Assembly (NCBI GenBank): GCA_050953245.1
Contig: JBMNMG010000005.1
Span: 320,575 to 384,574, forward strand
DNA length: 64,000 nucleotides
Source: Bacteroidales bacterium
GTDB lineage: Bacteria; Bacteroidota; Bacteroidia; Bacteroidales; BM520
Reading direction: 5' to 3'
How positions within the stretch are numbered: position 1 is the stretch's first letter; each line of letters begins with the position of its first letter. A model generated the notes under the pieces. The model saw only the letters and a list, made by a program, of their open reading frames with translations, did not search any database and had not been told where the DNA came from. Positions 20,465 through 30,335 of the stretch are shown here, one piece after another. Made by a program: the position numbers and the translations under genes.

Positions 20465-21495
20465 TAAAAGAATTTGGTTCTGATTTTCATTTTTGTGATT
20501 TTCCAAAGAATAAGGAAAAAACAATATTAAAATTATATGAAAATTCTATATTATTAGGGAATGGACGTAATGCATTTCAATTATTATTTGAAAAATATAA
20601 ATGGAAACGAATATGGATGCCAACATATTTCTGCTATATTGTTATTAATGCATTAAAAAATTTTGATATAGAAGTTTGTTTTTATAACGATAACCCTATT
20701 TCAAAGGAAGATGCGGAGAATATTGCTAAAATTCCTTTTGAAAAAGGAGATGTTTTGCTTAGGATAAATTATTTTGGTTTAAGAACATGGAGGGATAATA
20801 AAAATATACCTGTTCCTGTTATCGAAGATCATTCTCATGATTTAAGCGGAGATTGGGCTAAAAATAGTAATGCAGACTGGTGTTTAGCATCATTACGAAA
20901 AACTCTTCCAATATTATGTGGAGGAATATTATGGTCGCCTAAACATAATAACATAAATCAAATTCAATTAACAAAAGAATGTAAAGATTTTGCTGAAATT
21001 AGATATAAGGCAATGAATTTAAAGAAAGATTATCTAAGAGGTTATGATAATGTTGAAAAGCAAATATTTAGAGATTTATATATTAAATCAGAAGAGATAT
21101 TAGATAATTTTAAATGTACATCAATAGATGATTATAGTAATAATATTTTAAAGGAATTGAATATTTCAGAATGGACAAAAATGCGTGTGCTTAATTGGGT
21201 AAATGCAGAAAATATATTAAAAGATAATTATATAGTTTTGCAACCTGAAAATTTAAAGTATTGTAATCCATTTTCTTTAATAATATTATGCGATAATAAA
21301 AAACAAAGGGAAATATTGCGAAATAAGTTGATTAAAAATGATATATATCCAGCTGTATTATGGAATATTCCAGATTATGTTTTAGATAAAAAAGCAATCG
21401 ATTTTGGCTCAAGAATGTTGTCTTTACATTGTGACGGTCGATATAATGAAGAAGATATTAATTTTATGTGTAGTATAATAAAAGATATAAAATAA
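20452..21495 (+). CDS. divergent DegT-like PLP-fold protein (uncertain)
   Basis: By eye: GRNAFQLL...WMPTYFCYIVINAL, VIEDHSHDL and ASLRKTLPILCGGILWS parallel the DegT/DnrJ motif order, including a candidate PLP lysine. Start moved to the ATG at 20452. Confidence 0.35.
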   Translation: MSKLIKEFGSDFHFCDFPKNKEKTILKLYENSILLGNGRNAFQLLFEKYKWKRIWMPTYFCYIVINALKNFDIEVCFYNDNPISKEDAENIAKIPFEKGDVLLRINYFGLRTWRDNKNIPVPVIEDHSHDLSGDWAKNSNADWCLASLRKTLPILCGGILWSPKHNNINQIQLTKECKDFAEIRYKAMNLKKDYLRGYDNVEKQIFRDLYIKSEEILDNFKCTSIDDYSNNILKELNISEWTKMRVLNWVNAENILKDNYIVLQPENLKYCNPFSLIILCDNKKQREILRNKLIKNDIYPAVLWNIPDYVLDKKAIDFGSRMLSLHCDGRYNEEDINFMCSIIKDIK

Positions 21496-21507
21496 GATTT
21501 AACATTT

Positions 21508-22554
21508 ATGATAGAAATAATAAATTATAATAATGACGAAAAATGGGATAAAACAGTTAAATCTTTTAACGACTGGGACGTGTATTATTTGAATGGATAC
21601 GTATACCCATTTTTTTTACATGGAGATGGTGAACCTGTTTTGATTTACTATGAAAGTAATGAATTAAGAGGTATTTGTGTACTTATGATGCGAGACATAA
21701 AAATAGACAATGGGAATACAGAAAATTATTTTGATATGATAACTCCTTATGGATATGGAGGATTTATTTTTGAGGGAGAAAAGACTGAAAAAAATATTGA
21801 AACATTTTATAATGAATATCAAAGTAAATTAAAGGAGTTAGGGGTTATTTCCGTGTTTTATCGTTTTCATCCTCAGCTTAATAATGCTCATTATTTGGAT
21901 AATCAAATAGAAGTTATAGATTTAGGTAAAACAATAGAAATGTTTTTGGACTCTGAAGAGTCTATTATGAGTAATATGCACTCTAAAAATAGAAATACAG
22001 TTAGAAAAGCAATTAAAAATAATGTGTTAATAAAACATGGACTTACTCATGACTTGTTGGAATCTTTTATGGATATTTATAATTCTACAATGGATCGTGA
22101 TGAAGCAGATAGTTATTATTATTTTGATAATTCTTTTTATAATGCTTTAGAAGAGAAAATGAATGATAATCTTGAAGTGTTTTATGCTGAACATGATAAT
22201 AACATAATAGCAATGTCGTTGATACTTTATGGAAATGGTCGTCTACATTATCATTTGTCAGGTTCCAATATGGAAGGCAGAAGATTGTCAGCAACAAATT
22301 TATTATTATATGAAGTTGCAAAGTGGGGAAGTCAAAATGGATATAAAACATTTCACTTAGGTGGTGGAGTTGGGTCAAAAGAAGATGGACTTTTTTCCTT
22401 CAAGAAGGTTTTTAATAAAGAATCTGATTTAAGATTCTCAATCGGTAAACAAATAGTAGATCAAGAAAAATATGATCAATTAGTTAAATATAGAAAAGAA
22501 AAAGATACAAAATTTGATGATAATAGTGGCTTTTTCCCTCTATATCGAAGTTAA
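21508..22554 (+). CDS. FemAB-family / lipid II:glycine glycyltransferase-like aminoacyl transferase
   Basis: HSKNRNTVRKAIKN, ...YHLSGS... and TFHLGGG resemble the FemAB/GNAT-like aminoacyl-transferase family. 348 aa. Confidence 0.6.
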   Translation: MIEIINYNNDEKWDKTVKSFNDWDVYYLNGYVYPFFLHGDGEPVLIYYESNELRGICVLMMRDIKIDNGNTENYFDMITPYGYGGFIFEGEKTEKNIETFYNEYQSKLKELGVISVFYRFHPQLNNAHYLDNQIEVIDLGKTIEMFLDSEESIMSNMHSKNRNTVRKAIKNNVLIKHGLTHDLLESFMDIYNSTMDRDEADSYYYFDNSFYNALEEKMNDNLEVFYAEHDNNIIAMSLILYGNGRLHYHLSGSNMEGRRLSATNLLLYEVAKWGSQNGYKTFHLGGGVGSKEDGLFSFKKVFNKESDLRFSIGKQIVDQEKYDQLVKYRKEKDTKFDDNSGFFPLYRS

Positions 22555-22649
22555 TGTTTTATAATAGTCACAAAATTAACTCTAAATTAAAAGTATTTAA
22601 TTAAAAAATTAAAAATAAACTATAAAACTATAAATATAAAATAGTAATT

Positions 22650-23891
22650 ATGAACAAAAAAATTTGGCTTTCTCTTGCTCATATGGGAGGGTACGAACAA
22701 GATTATATTCAAGAAGCATTTGACACCAATTGGGTTGTACCTTTAGGACCAAATGTGAATGGATTTGAGAAGGATTTAGAAAAGTTTTTGGGTGAAGACG
22801 TGCATGTGGTGGCATTGAGTTCCGGAACTGCTGCTGTTCACTTGGCACTTATAGCTTGCGGTGTAAAACCGGGAGATGAGGTTATTGTGCAGAGTTTTAC
22901 TTTCTGTGCTTCTGCCAATCCTGTGACTTACTTGGGTGCTACTCCTGTGTTTGTGGATAGTGAACAAGATACTTGGAATATTGATCCTATCTTGATGGAG
23001 AAGGCAATTGAAGACCGCATTGCCAAAACAGGACGTAAACCCAAAGCAATTATCCCTGTGGCACTTTATGGGATGCCTTATAAGATCGATAAAATCATGG
23101 AGATTGCTAATAAATATGAGATTCCTGTGATTGAAGATGCCGCTGAAGGGTTTGGGTCTCGTTTTGACGGACAAGTATTAGGTACTTTCGGAAAATTTGG
23201 AGTGTTCTCGTTTAACGGGAATAAGATGATCACCACCTCCGGAGGGGGTGCATTGATCTGTCCAGATGTGGAAACAAAACAGAAAGTTATGTTTTACGCT
23301 ACACAGGCTCGTGAGGCTTATCCCTATTATCAACATGAAGAGATAGGGTATAACTACCGACTTTCGAATATTTGTGCCGGGATAGGTCGCGGACAGATGT
23401 TGGTAGCTGATGATCACATACGTCATCACCAACATACATGTAAATTATATAAGAAACTGCTTTCAGGTATTGATGGAATAAAACTGCATGAGAACCTATC
23501 CGAACGATATGATAGCAATTATTGGCTTAACACCATCGAAATAGATTCTTCTCTACCCATAAAAGGAACCGAGAATGCTTATAGTACTGCCATAACCGAT
23601 GCTGTTGGAGGTGCTGCGGGAGTTACCCATGAAGCATCTTCGTTGCATACCGATTGCGAGCCAAACCACAATGTGGAAGCACTTCGACTCTTTTTAGATG
23701 AAAAGAATATTGAATCCCGTCCTTTATGGAAACCGATGCATTTGCAACCGGTCTATAAAGATAACCCTGCTTACGTAAACGGCATTAGTGAAAGTCTCTT
23801 CCGTCGTGGTCTCTGTCTTCCAAGTGGTCCTTGCGTATCAGATGAAGATATTGAGTATATTGTGGATGCGATCAAAGAAGCTATTGAATAA
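22650..23891 (+). CDS. DegT/DnrJ/EryC1/StrS-family sugar aminotransferase (WcfR/EpsN-like)
   Basis: LSSGTAAVHLAL, IEDAAEGFGS and FSFNGNKMITTSGGGAL (PLP lysine). GC is clearly higher than in the preceding genes. Confidence 0.9.
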   Translation: MNKKIWLSLAHMGGYEQDYIQEAFDTNWVVPLGPNVNGFEKDLEKFLGEDVHVVALSSGTAAVHLALIACGVKPGDEVIVQSFTFCASANPVTYLGATPVFVDSEQDTWNIDPILMEKAIEDRIAKTGRKPKAIIPVALYGMPYKIDKIMEIANKYEIPVIEDAAEGFGSRFDGQVLGTFGKFGVFSFNGNKMITTSGGGALICPDVETKQKVMFYATQAREAYPYYQHEEIGYNYRLSNICAGIGRGQMLVADDHIRHHQHTCKLYKKLLSGIDGIKLHENLSERYDSNYWLNTIEIDSSLPIKGTENAYSTAITDAVGGAAGVTHEASSLHTDCEPNHNVEALRLFLDEKNIESRPLWKPMHLQPVYKDNPAYVNGISESLFRRGLCLPSGPCVSDEDIEYIVDAIKEAIE

Positions 23892-24096
23892 TCTAAATCA
23901 ATTTAATAAAGCAGATTATTAATTTCAATAATACCATATGCTATAAATATGCGTAGTTAACTATTTAGGTTTTAGAGTTTCTGATAACAGATGATGATTG
24001 TTGGAAAGTACTGCAGCAGTTTGGTTCTTAAGTTCGCTATTATTCTCACATAAGCAAATTGGTAACTAAGATTAAAAAATAGAAAATATATAAGAA

Positions 24097-24450
24097 ATGG
24101 ATAATAGAGTATTTGATTTAGGCAACGAGGTTATGAACGTGGTCGATCAAGAGGTTCCAAGTGAGTTCATTCCTTTCAGAGGTAATTTTCCATTGTTGAG
24201 TCCTGCTCTTGAGGATTTGTATTATAAGGAGGTAGCCTCAGGTAAACTTATGAGTGAGGTCCCTGATTGGGTTAGTGCTATAATATTTAAGGGATTAAAA
24301 GTTAAATCAATTGATGATAGCTTTAAAGAATATTTGAAAACTAATGGAATTTTTAAGGAGTATCCTACCATGACAGATTCCGAGAAGTCTGAAGTGTTGG
24401 AAAAGTTTATGGATGCTAATTGTATGACTGATGAGTACTTGGATATATAG
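24097..24450 (+). CDS. hypothetical acidic protein (117 aa)
   Basis: Only the open frame and a composition similar to its neighbours support this. No motif recognised. Confidence 0.35.
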   Translation: MDNRVFDLGNEVMNVVDQEVPSEFIPFRGNFPLLSPALEDLYYKEVASGKLMSEVPDWVSAIIFKGLKVKSIDDSFKEYLKTNGIFKEYPTMTDSEKSEVLEKFMDANCMTDEYLDI

Positions 24451-24473
24451 GATAAGGAAGCTATGCTAATTTT

Positions 24474-24486
24474 GAGATGGCTTCTC
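24474..24486 (+). repeat. solo copy of the 13-nt core GAGATGGCTTCTC (same core as the arrays at 39.8/41.1 kb)
   Basis: Exact match to the first-unit core of the 22-bp arrays. Lies 24 nt after the ORF stop. Confidence 0.5.
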
Positions 24487-24592
24487 GAAGAGAGGAAACC
24501 TAAAAAATATTTCATAAACAAACTATGATTGTGATATTACTCTTTAATTATTATAGATAAAAACAGCTTAGTACACTATCTACATACTTTTA

Positions 24593-24657
24593 GGCAACAC
24601 TAACTGCTTGAGGAAAATTTAAAAACCTATAAGCATTAAGTGTTGCCTTTTTTTTTA
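24593..24657 (+). terminator. intrinsic terminator-like hairpin plus T-run
   Basis: AGGCAACAC...GTGTTGCCT, extendable to an 18-bp stem with 2 mismatches, followed by 9 T. Confidence 0.55.
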
Positions 24658-24760
24658 TATCTTTACATAAAATATTTTAAATAACATTGGAATAGTATAG
24701 AGAAAAATATGAAACTTCCTCGTTGAAGGTGCTGATACGAGGAGTATAAGGATTGGAGAT

Positions 24761-26116
24761 ATGCAATATAAAGAGATTACTAAGCGTGTTGAGAGAGATC
24801 TGAAGAATAAGAATTTCGATGAAGTTACGGAGCGTTTGACTAAGCTAAAGAGTATAGATGTAGCAGAGGTATTATCCCCCTTGGAGCCGCAGCAATTACT
24901 ATTGGTCTTCTCACTACTACCGAAAGATCATGCCGCTGAGGTGTTTTCGTATTTCTCATCGTCGCAGAAGCAGAGTATCGTGAAGGGGACTTCTCCCGAG
25001 GAGATTAAGGAAATACTGGACCTCCTCAATATGGACGATAAGGTTGATGCTTTAGAAGAGCTCCCTTCTAATATCGTGACTCAGATTCTTCGCAATTCAT
25101 CCTCCATAGAGCGGAGCCTTATCAATAAGTTTCTCGCATATCCTGAGGATTCTGCGGGTTCGCTGATGACTATTGAGTATGTTTCTCTTCTTTCCACAAT
25201 GACGGTTGCTGATGCAAGAGCTCATATTCGCAATGTGGGGTTGGAGAAGGAGACTATCTACACTCTATATGTTACTGATGAGAGTAGGAAGCTGATCGGT
25301 ATTTTGAGTCTTAGGGAGCTTGTGACTTCATCCGATGATGCACTGGTTGGTGACTTGATGAATACCAATTTTATTTTTGCGCATACACAGGATGACCAAG
25401 AGGATGTAGCCAAGCTCTTTACCAAATATGGTTTGCTCACCCTGCCGGTAGTAGATATGGAGCAGAGGATAAATGGTATCATCACGGTTGACGATATCAT
25501 GGAAGTGGTTAAGCAAGAGGCTACGGAAGACTTCCAGATCATGGCAGCTACCAGTCCATCAGAAGAAAAATATCTTGAGACTTCTGTTTGGGGGCATACT
25601 AAAAAGCGTATTATATGGCTATTGGTGCTGATGATCTCTGCCACCTTCACGGGGCGAATTATGGGGCACTACTCTGAGGTGCTGGAGTCGACCATCATAC
25701 TCTCTGTTTTCATACCGATGCTGATGGACACAGGTGGTAACTCAGGTAACCAGTCGAGTACTCTGGTAATTCGCGCACTTGCCGTTGGGGATATCACGAT
25801 CAAGGACTGGTTCAGGGTTTTCTGGAAGGAGTTGTTGGTTGCCACTACCAGTGGAATAATATTGGCGGCGGTCAACTTCGCGCGAATCGTCCTCTTCGAG
25901 AGTATCGATATGAATATCGCCTTAGTAGTCTGTCTCACTATTGTAGTTGTGGTAATCCTCGCTAAAACTGTGGGCGGCTTGCTACCTATCTTTGCCAAAT
26001 CAGTTGGTTTGGACCCTGCAGTTATGGCTGGTCCATTGATTACTACTATTGTTGATGCTTTAGCACTACTTATCTACTTTTACCTTGCTACAACTATGCT
26101 CAACGTAGTGGTGTGA
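24761..26116 (+). CDS. mgtE: magnesium transporter MgtE
   Basis: MgtE_N, tandem CBS region and C-terminal TM domain with PMLMDTGGNSGNQS. 451 aa. Confidence 0.93.
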   Translation: MQYKEITKRVERDLKNKNFDEVTERLTKLKSIDVAEVLSPLEPQQLLLVFSLLPKDHAAEVFSYFSSSQKQSIVKGTSPEEIKEILDLLNMDDKVDALEELPSNIVTQILRNSSSIERSLINKFLAYPEDSAGSLMTIEYVSLLSTMTVADARAHIRNVGLEKETIYTLYVTDESRKLIGILSLRELVTSSDDALVGDLMNTNFIFAHTQDDQEDVAKLFTKYGLLTLPVVDMEQRINGIITVDDIMEVVKQEATEDFQIMAATSPSEEKYLETSVWGHTKKRIIWLLVLMISATFTGRIMGHYSEVLESTIILSVFIPMLMDTGGNSGNQSSTLVIRALAVGDITIKDWFRVFWKELLVATTSGIILAAVNFARIVLFESIDMNIALVVCLTIVVVVILAKTVGGLLPIFAKSVGLDPAVMAGPLITTIVDALALLIYFYLATTMLNVVV

Positions 26117-26202
26117 TGTGAATGGGTAATCCGCCTTCTAACCGGTGCCATAAGAGTAAAATATTGAAGGTAAGAATAATTAATATATAAAATTATTTAG
26201 TT

Positions 26203-28410
26203 ATGGAAAAAGATGCACTTGTCAATAAAAATGAAAAAATACCTGTTGAATTTATCGTCAATGATATCATCTACAAGGTTCTTTCGTTTGAGGAAAGAAC
26301 TGTGGAAGTAGGCGAGCAAACCGAAGGTTCCGATACCGTTATCATACCGAGTCCGGTGACGTATAATGGCATTATATTCAATGTGATAGGTGTTGGTGAT
26401 AGGGCATTCTATAGTTATTATAATGTTACTTCTGTGATATTACCCAATAGCATCAAGTATATTGGTAATAATGCTAATTCATTTAACCTAATACGTATTC
26501 ATTTGACTTTGCCTTCATCCCTTGAGAGAGTATTAGAAAGTGCTTATGTTTTTAATAAATTAGATGATTTAAATCTTCCGTCAAGTTTAAAGGAGATTGG
26601 CCCAAATGCATTTGCATTCACAAAAGTTGGGACTGAAAAAGCATATATCCCGGCAAGTGTAGTTACTATAGAAGGAAATCCTTTTTTGGGCTCCGATCTT
26701 AAAGAGATTATTGTAGATTCCGGTAACAGTTGTGTTAAATCTGAAGATGGTGTTCTTTTTAGTAAGGATGGACGAAAATTAATTGCTTATCCTGATTTAA
26801 AGCCTGAGAAAACTTACACCATTCCTGATGGTGTAACTACGATCGGAAGATTATCTTTTGGATACAATTATATTTTGATGAAACTGATCATTCCTGCAAC
26901 AGTCAATAAATTTGAAAACAAAGCTTTATGGTCGTGTTCAAGTATAAAAACCATTGTTATGCAAAGTACCTTACCTCCGGAAGTTGGAGAAGAGTCATTG
27001 CATGATATAGAAAGCAATTGTTTTATTTTAGTCCCCAAGAGGTGTATTAATAGATATAAAAATGCTGAGGGATGGAAAAAATTTGTTAATATAGTTGATG
27101 AGCTACCTACTGAATTTAAAATCAATGGCATCAACTATAATGTTCTTTCGTTTGAGGAAAAAACTGTAGAAGTGGGTCAAAATCCCCAAGCTTCAGGTGT
27201 TTATACTATTCCGAGTCAGGTAACCTACAATGAGTTCACATACAATGTGGTAGGTGTTGGAGATCACGCATTCGGTTGTAACGAAAGAGTTACTTCCGTA
27301 AAGTTGCTCAAAGGCATCAAGTCTATCGGCATATGTGCATTTCAAACACTTAATAATCATTTACTATTGCCTCCATCTCTTGAAAAGATAGGCAGAAGTG
27401 CTTTTACATATAATCAAATTGTTGATTTAAGACTCCCGCAAAATTTACAGGAGATTGATTCACTTGCATTTGCATACACAACAATAAAAACACAAAAGGT
27501 AAATATACCTTCAAGTGTAACTTCAATAAAAGGTAACCCTTTTTATGGCTCTAGTATTAAAGAGATTAAAGTATCTTCCGGCAGCCGTCATTTTAAATCT
27601 CAAGATGGTGTTCTTTTTATCAGAAATGGGCAGAAATTGTTAGTTTATCCGACATTAAAGCCCGACAAAACTTACGCCATTCCTGCTAATGTCACTACGA
27701 TAGGAGAATCATCCTTTGCATACAATATTAATTTGACCAATCTTATCTTTCCTACTACAATTAAGAATTTGGAAAACAATGTTTTCTGGTCGTGTCCAAA
27801 TCTAAAAACACTTGTTGTTAAAAGCACTACACCTCCGGAAGTTGAAGATATGTCGTTGGATGGTGTGGAAAGCAATTGTATTCTTATCGTACCCAAGGGT
27901 TGTGTTGATAAGTATAAAAACGCAGATGGATGGAAAAAATTTAAGACTATCAGGAGTTTCCCAATCCACGGATTTCTTCCGAAAGAAGTATATTCAGATG
28001 GTATCCCTGACAATAAAGGTCCGCTTGAATTTTCATTCCCTCAGAAAGAAAGAAAACTCTGGGCATTATCATTTGATTTTAAAGTCAATGAAAAACTTAA
28101 TCAATGGATCTTTATGCTATCAAAAAATAGTAGAATATTTGGAATTCTCCTTGAGCAAGATGGAAATATTTATATCACAACGAATGATCAAAAAAATAAA
28201 TATTCACTCAGTAGTTCATATTCATTAAACATATGGCATTCGGTTTATTTGTCTTTTGATAACGGTCTATTAACTTTTCAATTAAATGATAATCCTCCTG
28301 AACAAATTCACATAAAGATGAATTTGAAAGATGAAGATAATTCTTGGAGTTGTTCCAATTATTCTGATGGAGTAAAGTTCAAAGGATATTTGAGAAATAT
28401 CATATATTAA
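26203..28410 (+). CDS. BspA-type leucine-rich-repeat protein with internal ~290-aa duplication and C-terminal LamG/ConA-like domain
   Basis: Repeated IP..V..IG..AF LRR_5-type units. Residues ~13-302 and ~303-590 are paralogous. The C-terminal ~140 aa looks like a jelly-roll fold. No signal peptide seen. Confidence 0.78.
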   Translation: MEKDALVNKNEKIPVEFIVNDIIYKVLSFEERTVEVGEQTEGSDTVIIPSPVTYNGIIFNVIGVGDRAFYSYYNVTSVILPNSIKYIGNNANSFNLIRIHLTLPSSLERVLESAYVFNKLDDLNLPSSLKEIGPNAFAFTKVGTEKAYIPASVVTIEGNPFLGSDLKEIIVDSGNSCVKSEDGVLFSKDGRKLIAYPDLKPEKTYTIPDGVTTIGRLSFGYNYILMKLIIPATVNKFENKALWSCSSIKTIVMQSTLPPEVGEESLHDIESNCFILVPKRCINRYKNAEGWKKFVNIVDELPTEFKINGINYNVLSFEEKTVEVGQNPQASGVYTIPSQVTYNEFTYNVVGVGDHAFGCNERVTSVKLLKGIKSIGICAFQTLNNHLLLPPSLEKIGRSAFTYNQIVDLRLPQNLQEIDSLAFAYTTIKTQKVNIPSSVTSIKGNPFYGSSIKEIKVSSGSRHFKSQDGVLFIRNGQKLLVYPTLKPDKTYAIPANVTTIGESSFAYNINLTNLIFPTTIKNLENNVFWSCPNLKTLVVKSTTPPEVEDMSLDGVESNCILIVPKGCVDKYKNADGWKKFKTIRSFPIHGFLPKEVYSDGIPDNKGPLEFSFPQKERKLWALSFDFKVNEKLNQWIFMLSKNSRIFGILLEQDGNIYITTNDQKNKYSLSSSYSLNIWHSVYLSFDNGLLTFQLNDNPPEQIHIKMNLKDEDNSWSCSNYSDGVKFKGYLRNIIY

Positions 28411-28512
28411 ATTCAGAAACAAATCAAAACACTCTTAATATATGCCACATAGAACAAAAGTAAACCCAATTATATCTTTAAAGTACAATTAATAGCTTAT
28501 TAAACTATATAT

Positions 28513-28551
28513 AAATAGTGTTTAAAAATAATTTAAACACTATTTTTTTTT
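28513..28551 (+). terminator. intrinsic terminator of the LRR gene
   Basis: Perfect 14-bp stem AAATAGTGTTTAAA/TTTAAACACTATTT, 5-nt loop, then a T-run. Confidence 0.8.
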
Positions 28552-28776
28552 GCCCTTTTATTAGTTTTTTTATAAAAAAAATTATGATACAACTGCCAAA
28601 TTTATATGTTATTTTTATGCCTTATACATACAAAAAAAGAAATTCATATTATTTTAAAACTAAAATAGCTATGGATGACAATCTTGCAAAAAAAGATGTT
28701 ATTTACTATGCTATTGTATTGAAAGATCTTAATGGCTTTTGGATATACACACTAACACCTAATTTAGGAAAGAATT

Positions 28777-28897
28777 AAAAAAAATAGTAATTATTGAAAT
28801 TAGGAAACACATTGGCCACACAACCCAAGGTTCTAATATCAACAATTACTATTTCATTGCAAGTATAACAATATTTTTTTTAATAAACAAGAAAAAA
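28777..28897 (+). repeat. structured repeat, copy 1 (hairpin 28781-28854)
   Basis: Homologous to 30181.. and 30336... Arms AAAATAGTAATTATTG / CAACAATTACTATTT enclose the conserved loop CACATTGGCCACACAA(C/T)CCAAGG. Confidence 0.85.
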
Positions 28898-28960
28898 ACA
28901 AAAAAAATTATGCTTTTATAAAAAATCTTTTAGTTCGTTGTTTTTATTTGCAACTTTATG

Positions 28961-28968
28961 TATATTTG
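28961..28968 (+). promoter_or_regulatory. -7 box TATATTTG upstream of the ATPase gene
   Basis: TAnnTTTG match 26 nt before the ATG at 28994. It explains the spurious MYIC... N-terminal extension in the ORF track. Confidence 0.5.
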
Positions 28969-28993
28969 CATTCAAAAAGTAAATTTACATAAA

Positions 28994-30157
28994 ATGATAG
29001 AAAGGCAAATTACATCGGTGCTTAGAGAGAGGTTAAAAAAATTTCCTATTCTCACTCTAACAGGACCAAGACAATCAGGAAAGAGTACGCTGTTGAGAAA
29101 TTGTTTTCCAGATTACGAATATATTAATTTAGAAAGATTGGATTATCGACAACTAATTTTAAATGATCCGATTGGGTTCTTGAAGAATCAAGATAGGAAG
29201 ATTATTTTCGATGAAGCACAACAAGTTCCGGAATTATTTAATTATCTGCAAGTTGTGTCGGATGAGCAAAATAATGCTGGTCAGTATATTTTATCCGGTT
29301 CTCAAAGCTTTCTTATGAGCGAACGTATTTCGCAATCCTTAGCAGGAAGAACCAGTATTAACCATCTGTTCCCATTTGATTTTTCTGAAATTGGATGGCG
29401 TGATCAAGTTACAGATGCCATTTATACCGGTTTTTATCCAAGAATTTATGATTTTAGCATTGAGCCTTCTGAGTTTTATTCTCCATATATCCAAACATAT
29501 ATTGAGCGAGATGTGAGAACGTTGAGAACAATAGAAAATCTGAACACATTTTCCCGTTTTTTATCTCTCTGTGCTGGAAGAGTGGGTCAGATATTGAATA
29601 TTTCTTCCTTAGCCAACGATGCAGGGGTTTCTGTTAATACGGCAAAAAATTGGCTTTCTTTGTTGGAGGCGAGTTTTATTTTATTCAGATTGCAACCCTA
29701 TTACAAGAATTTTAGTAAAAGATTGATAAAGGCACCGAAGTTATATTTTTATGATACGGGATTGGTTTGTTCTCTTTTGAACATTCAATCGGCTGATATG
29801 GTGCGGACCCATTATCTCTATGGTGCTTTATTTGAGAACTTGATTATAGCAGAAATTATTAAATTTCAATCACACAAGGGCCGACGAAGAAAAATCTATT
29901 ATTGGCGGGATAGTAATGGAGTGGAAATAGATTGTTTGCTGGAGGCAGATAATGGAAAATTGCATTTGGTGGAAATAAAAGGTGGAGCAACCATAAATTG
30001 GGATTATCAGAAAAATTTAAATCGTTTTCCTGATCAAGACTCTGGTTTGAAAAAATGGATTATTTACACCGGTGAAGACACTATCGATACGGCTGATATA
30101 ACAATAGTTGGAAGGAAAGAGTTGAGCAAAGTACTTAGTACATTGGCAACGGAATAG
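28994..30157 (+). CDS. AAA+ ATPase with C-terminal DUF4143-type domain
   Basis: Walker A GPRQSGKST and Walker B IIFDEAQ. Length and C-terminal region are typical of the AAA_14/DUF4143 family. Start set at MIERQ. Confidence 0.82.
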   Translation: MIERQITSVLRERLKKFPILTLTGPRQSGKSTLLRNCFPDYEYINLERLDYRQLILNDPIGFLKNQDRKIIFDEAQQVPELFNYLQVVSDEQNNAGQYILSGSQSFLMSERISQSLAGRTSINHLFPFDFSEIGWRDQVTDAIYTGFYPRIYDFSIEPSEFYSPYIQTYIERDVRTLRTIENLNTFSRFLSLCAGRVGQILNISSLANDAGVSVNTAKNWLSLLEASFILFRLQPYYKNFSKRLIKAPKLYFYDTGLVCSLLNIQSADMVRTHYLYGALFENLIIAEIIKFQSHKGRRRKIYYWRDSNGVEIDCLLEADNGKLHLVEIKGGATINWDYQKNLNRFPDQDSGLKKWIIYTGEDTIDTADITIVGRKELSKVLSTLATE

Positions 30158-30180
30158 AACCTGATATTTCTAGATGAAAT

Positions 30181-30335
30181 AAAAAAAATAGTAATCGTTG
30201 AAAAAAGATAACCACATTGGTATCACAATCCAAGGATCTAATTCCAACAATTACTATTTTATGCGAAGGTAAAAAATCTTTTTTAAATAAACAAGAAAAA
30301 TTTTATTTATCTTCCTAAATATCAAGTATTAAAAA
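30181..30335 (+). repeat. structured repeat, copy 2 (154-nt tandem unit; hairpin 30185-30260)
   Basis: Begins 24 nt after the ATPase stop. Near-identical to copy 3. Confidence 0.88.

Noticed and set aside
24520-24760. Possible M-box (Mg2+) riboswitch upstream of mgtE
   Set aside because: I could not recognise M-box consensus elements. The region contains a terminator-like hairpin for the upstream unit and only a short CCTCGT/ACGAGG hairpin near the start. Only a cmscan could settle it.
28518-28778. 86-aa ORF between the LRR gene and the ATPase
   Set aside because: It starts inside the stem of the LRR-gene terminator at a non-ATG codon. The sequence is low-complexity and Phe/Ile/Lys-rich, with no motif. 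It is probably non-coding spacer.
28958-28993. N-terminal extensions MYIC... on the ATPase (28958), on pyrG (41336) and a TTG start for miaB (50990) in the ORF track
   Set aside because: In each case the extension is the translation of a TAnnTTTG promoter box (ATGTATATTTGCA...). The conserved protein N-termini ([30 protein letters not shown]) begin at the downstream ATG.
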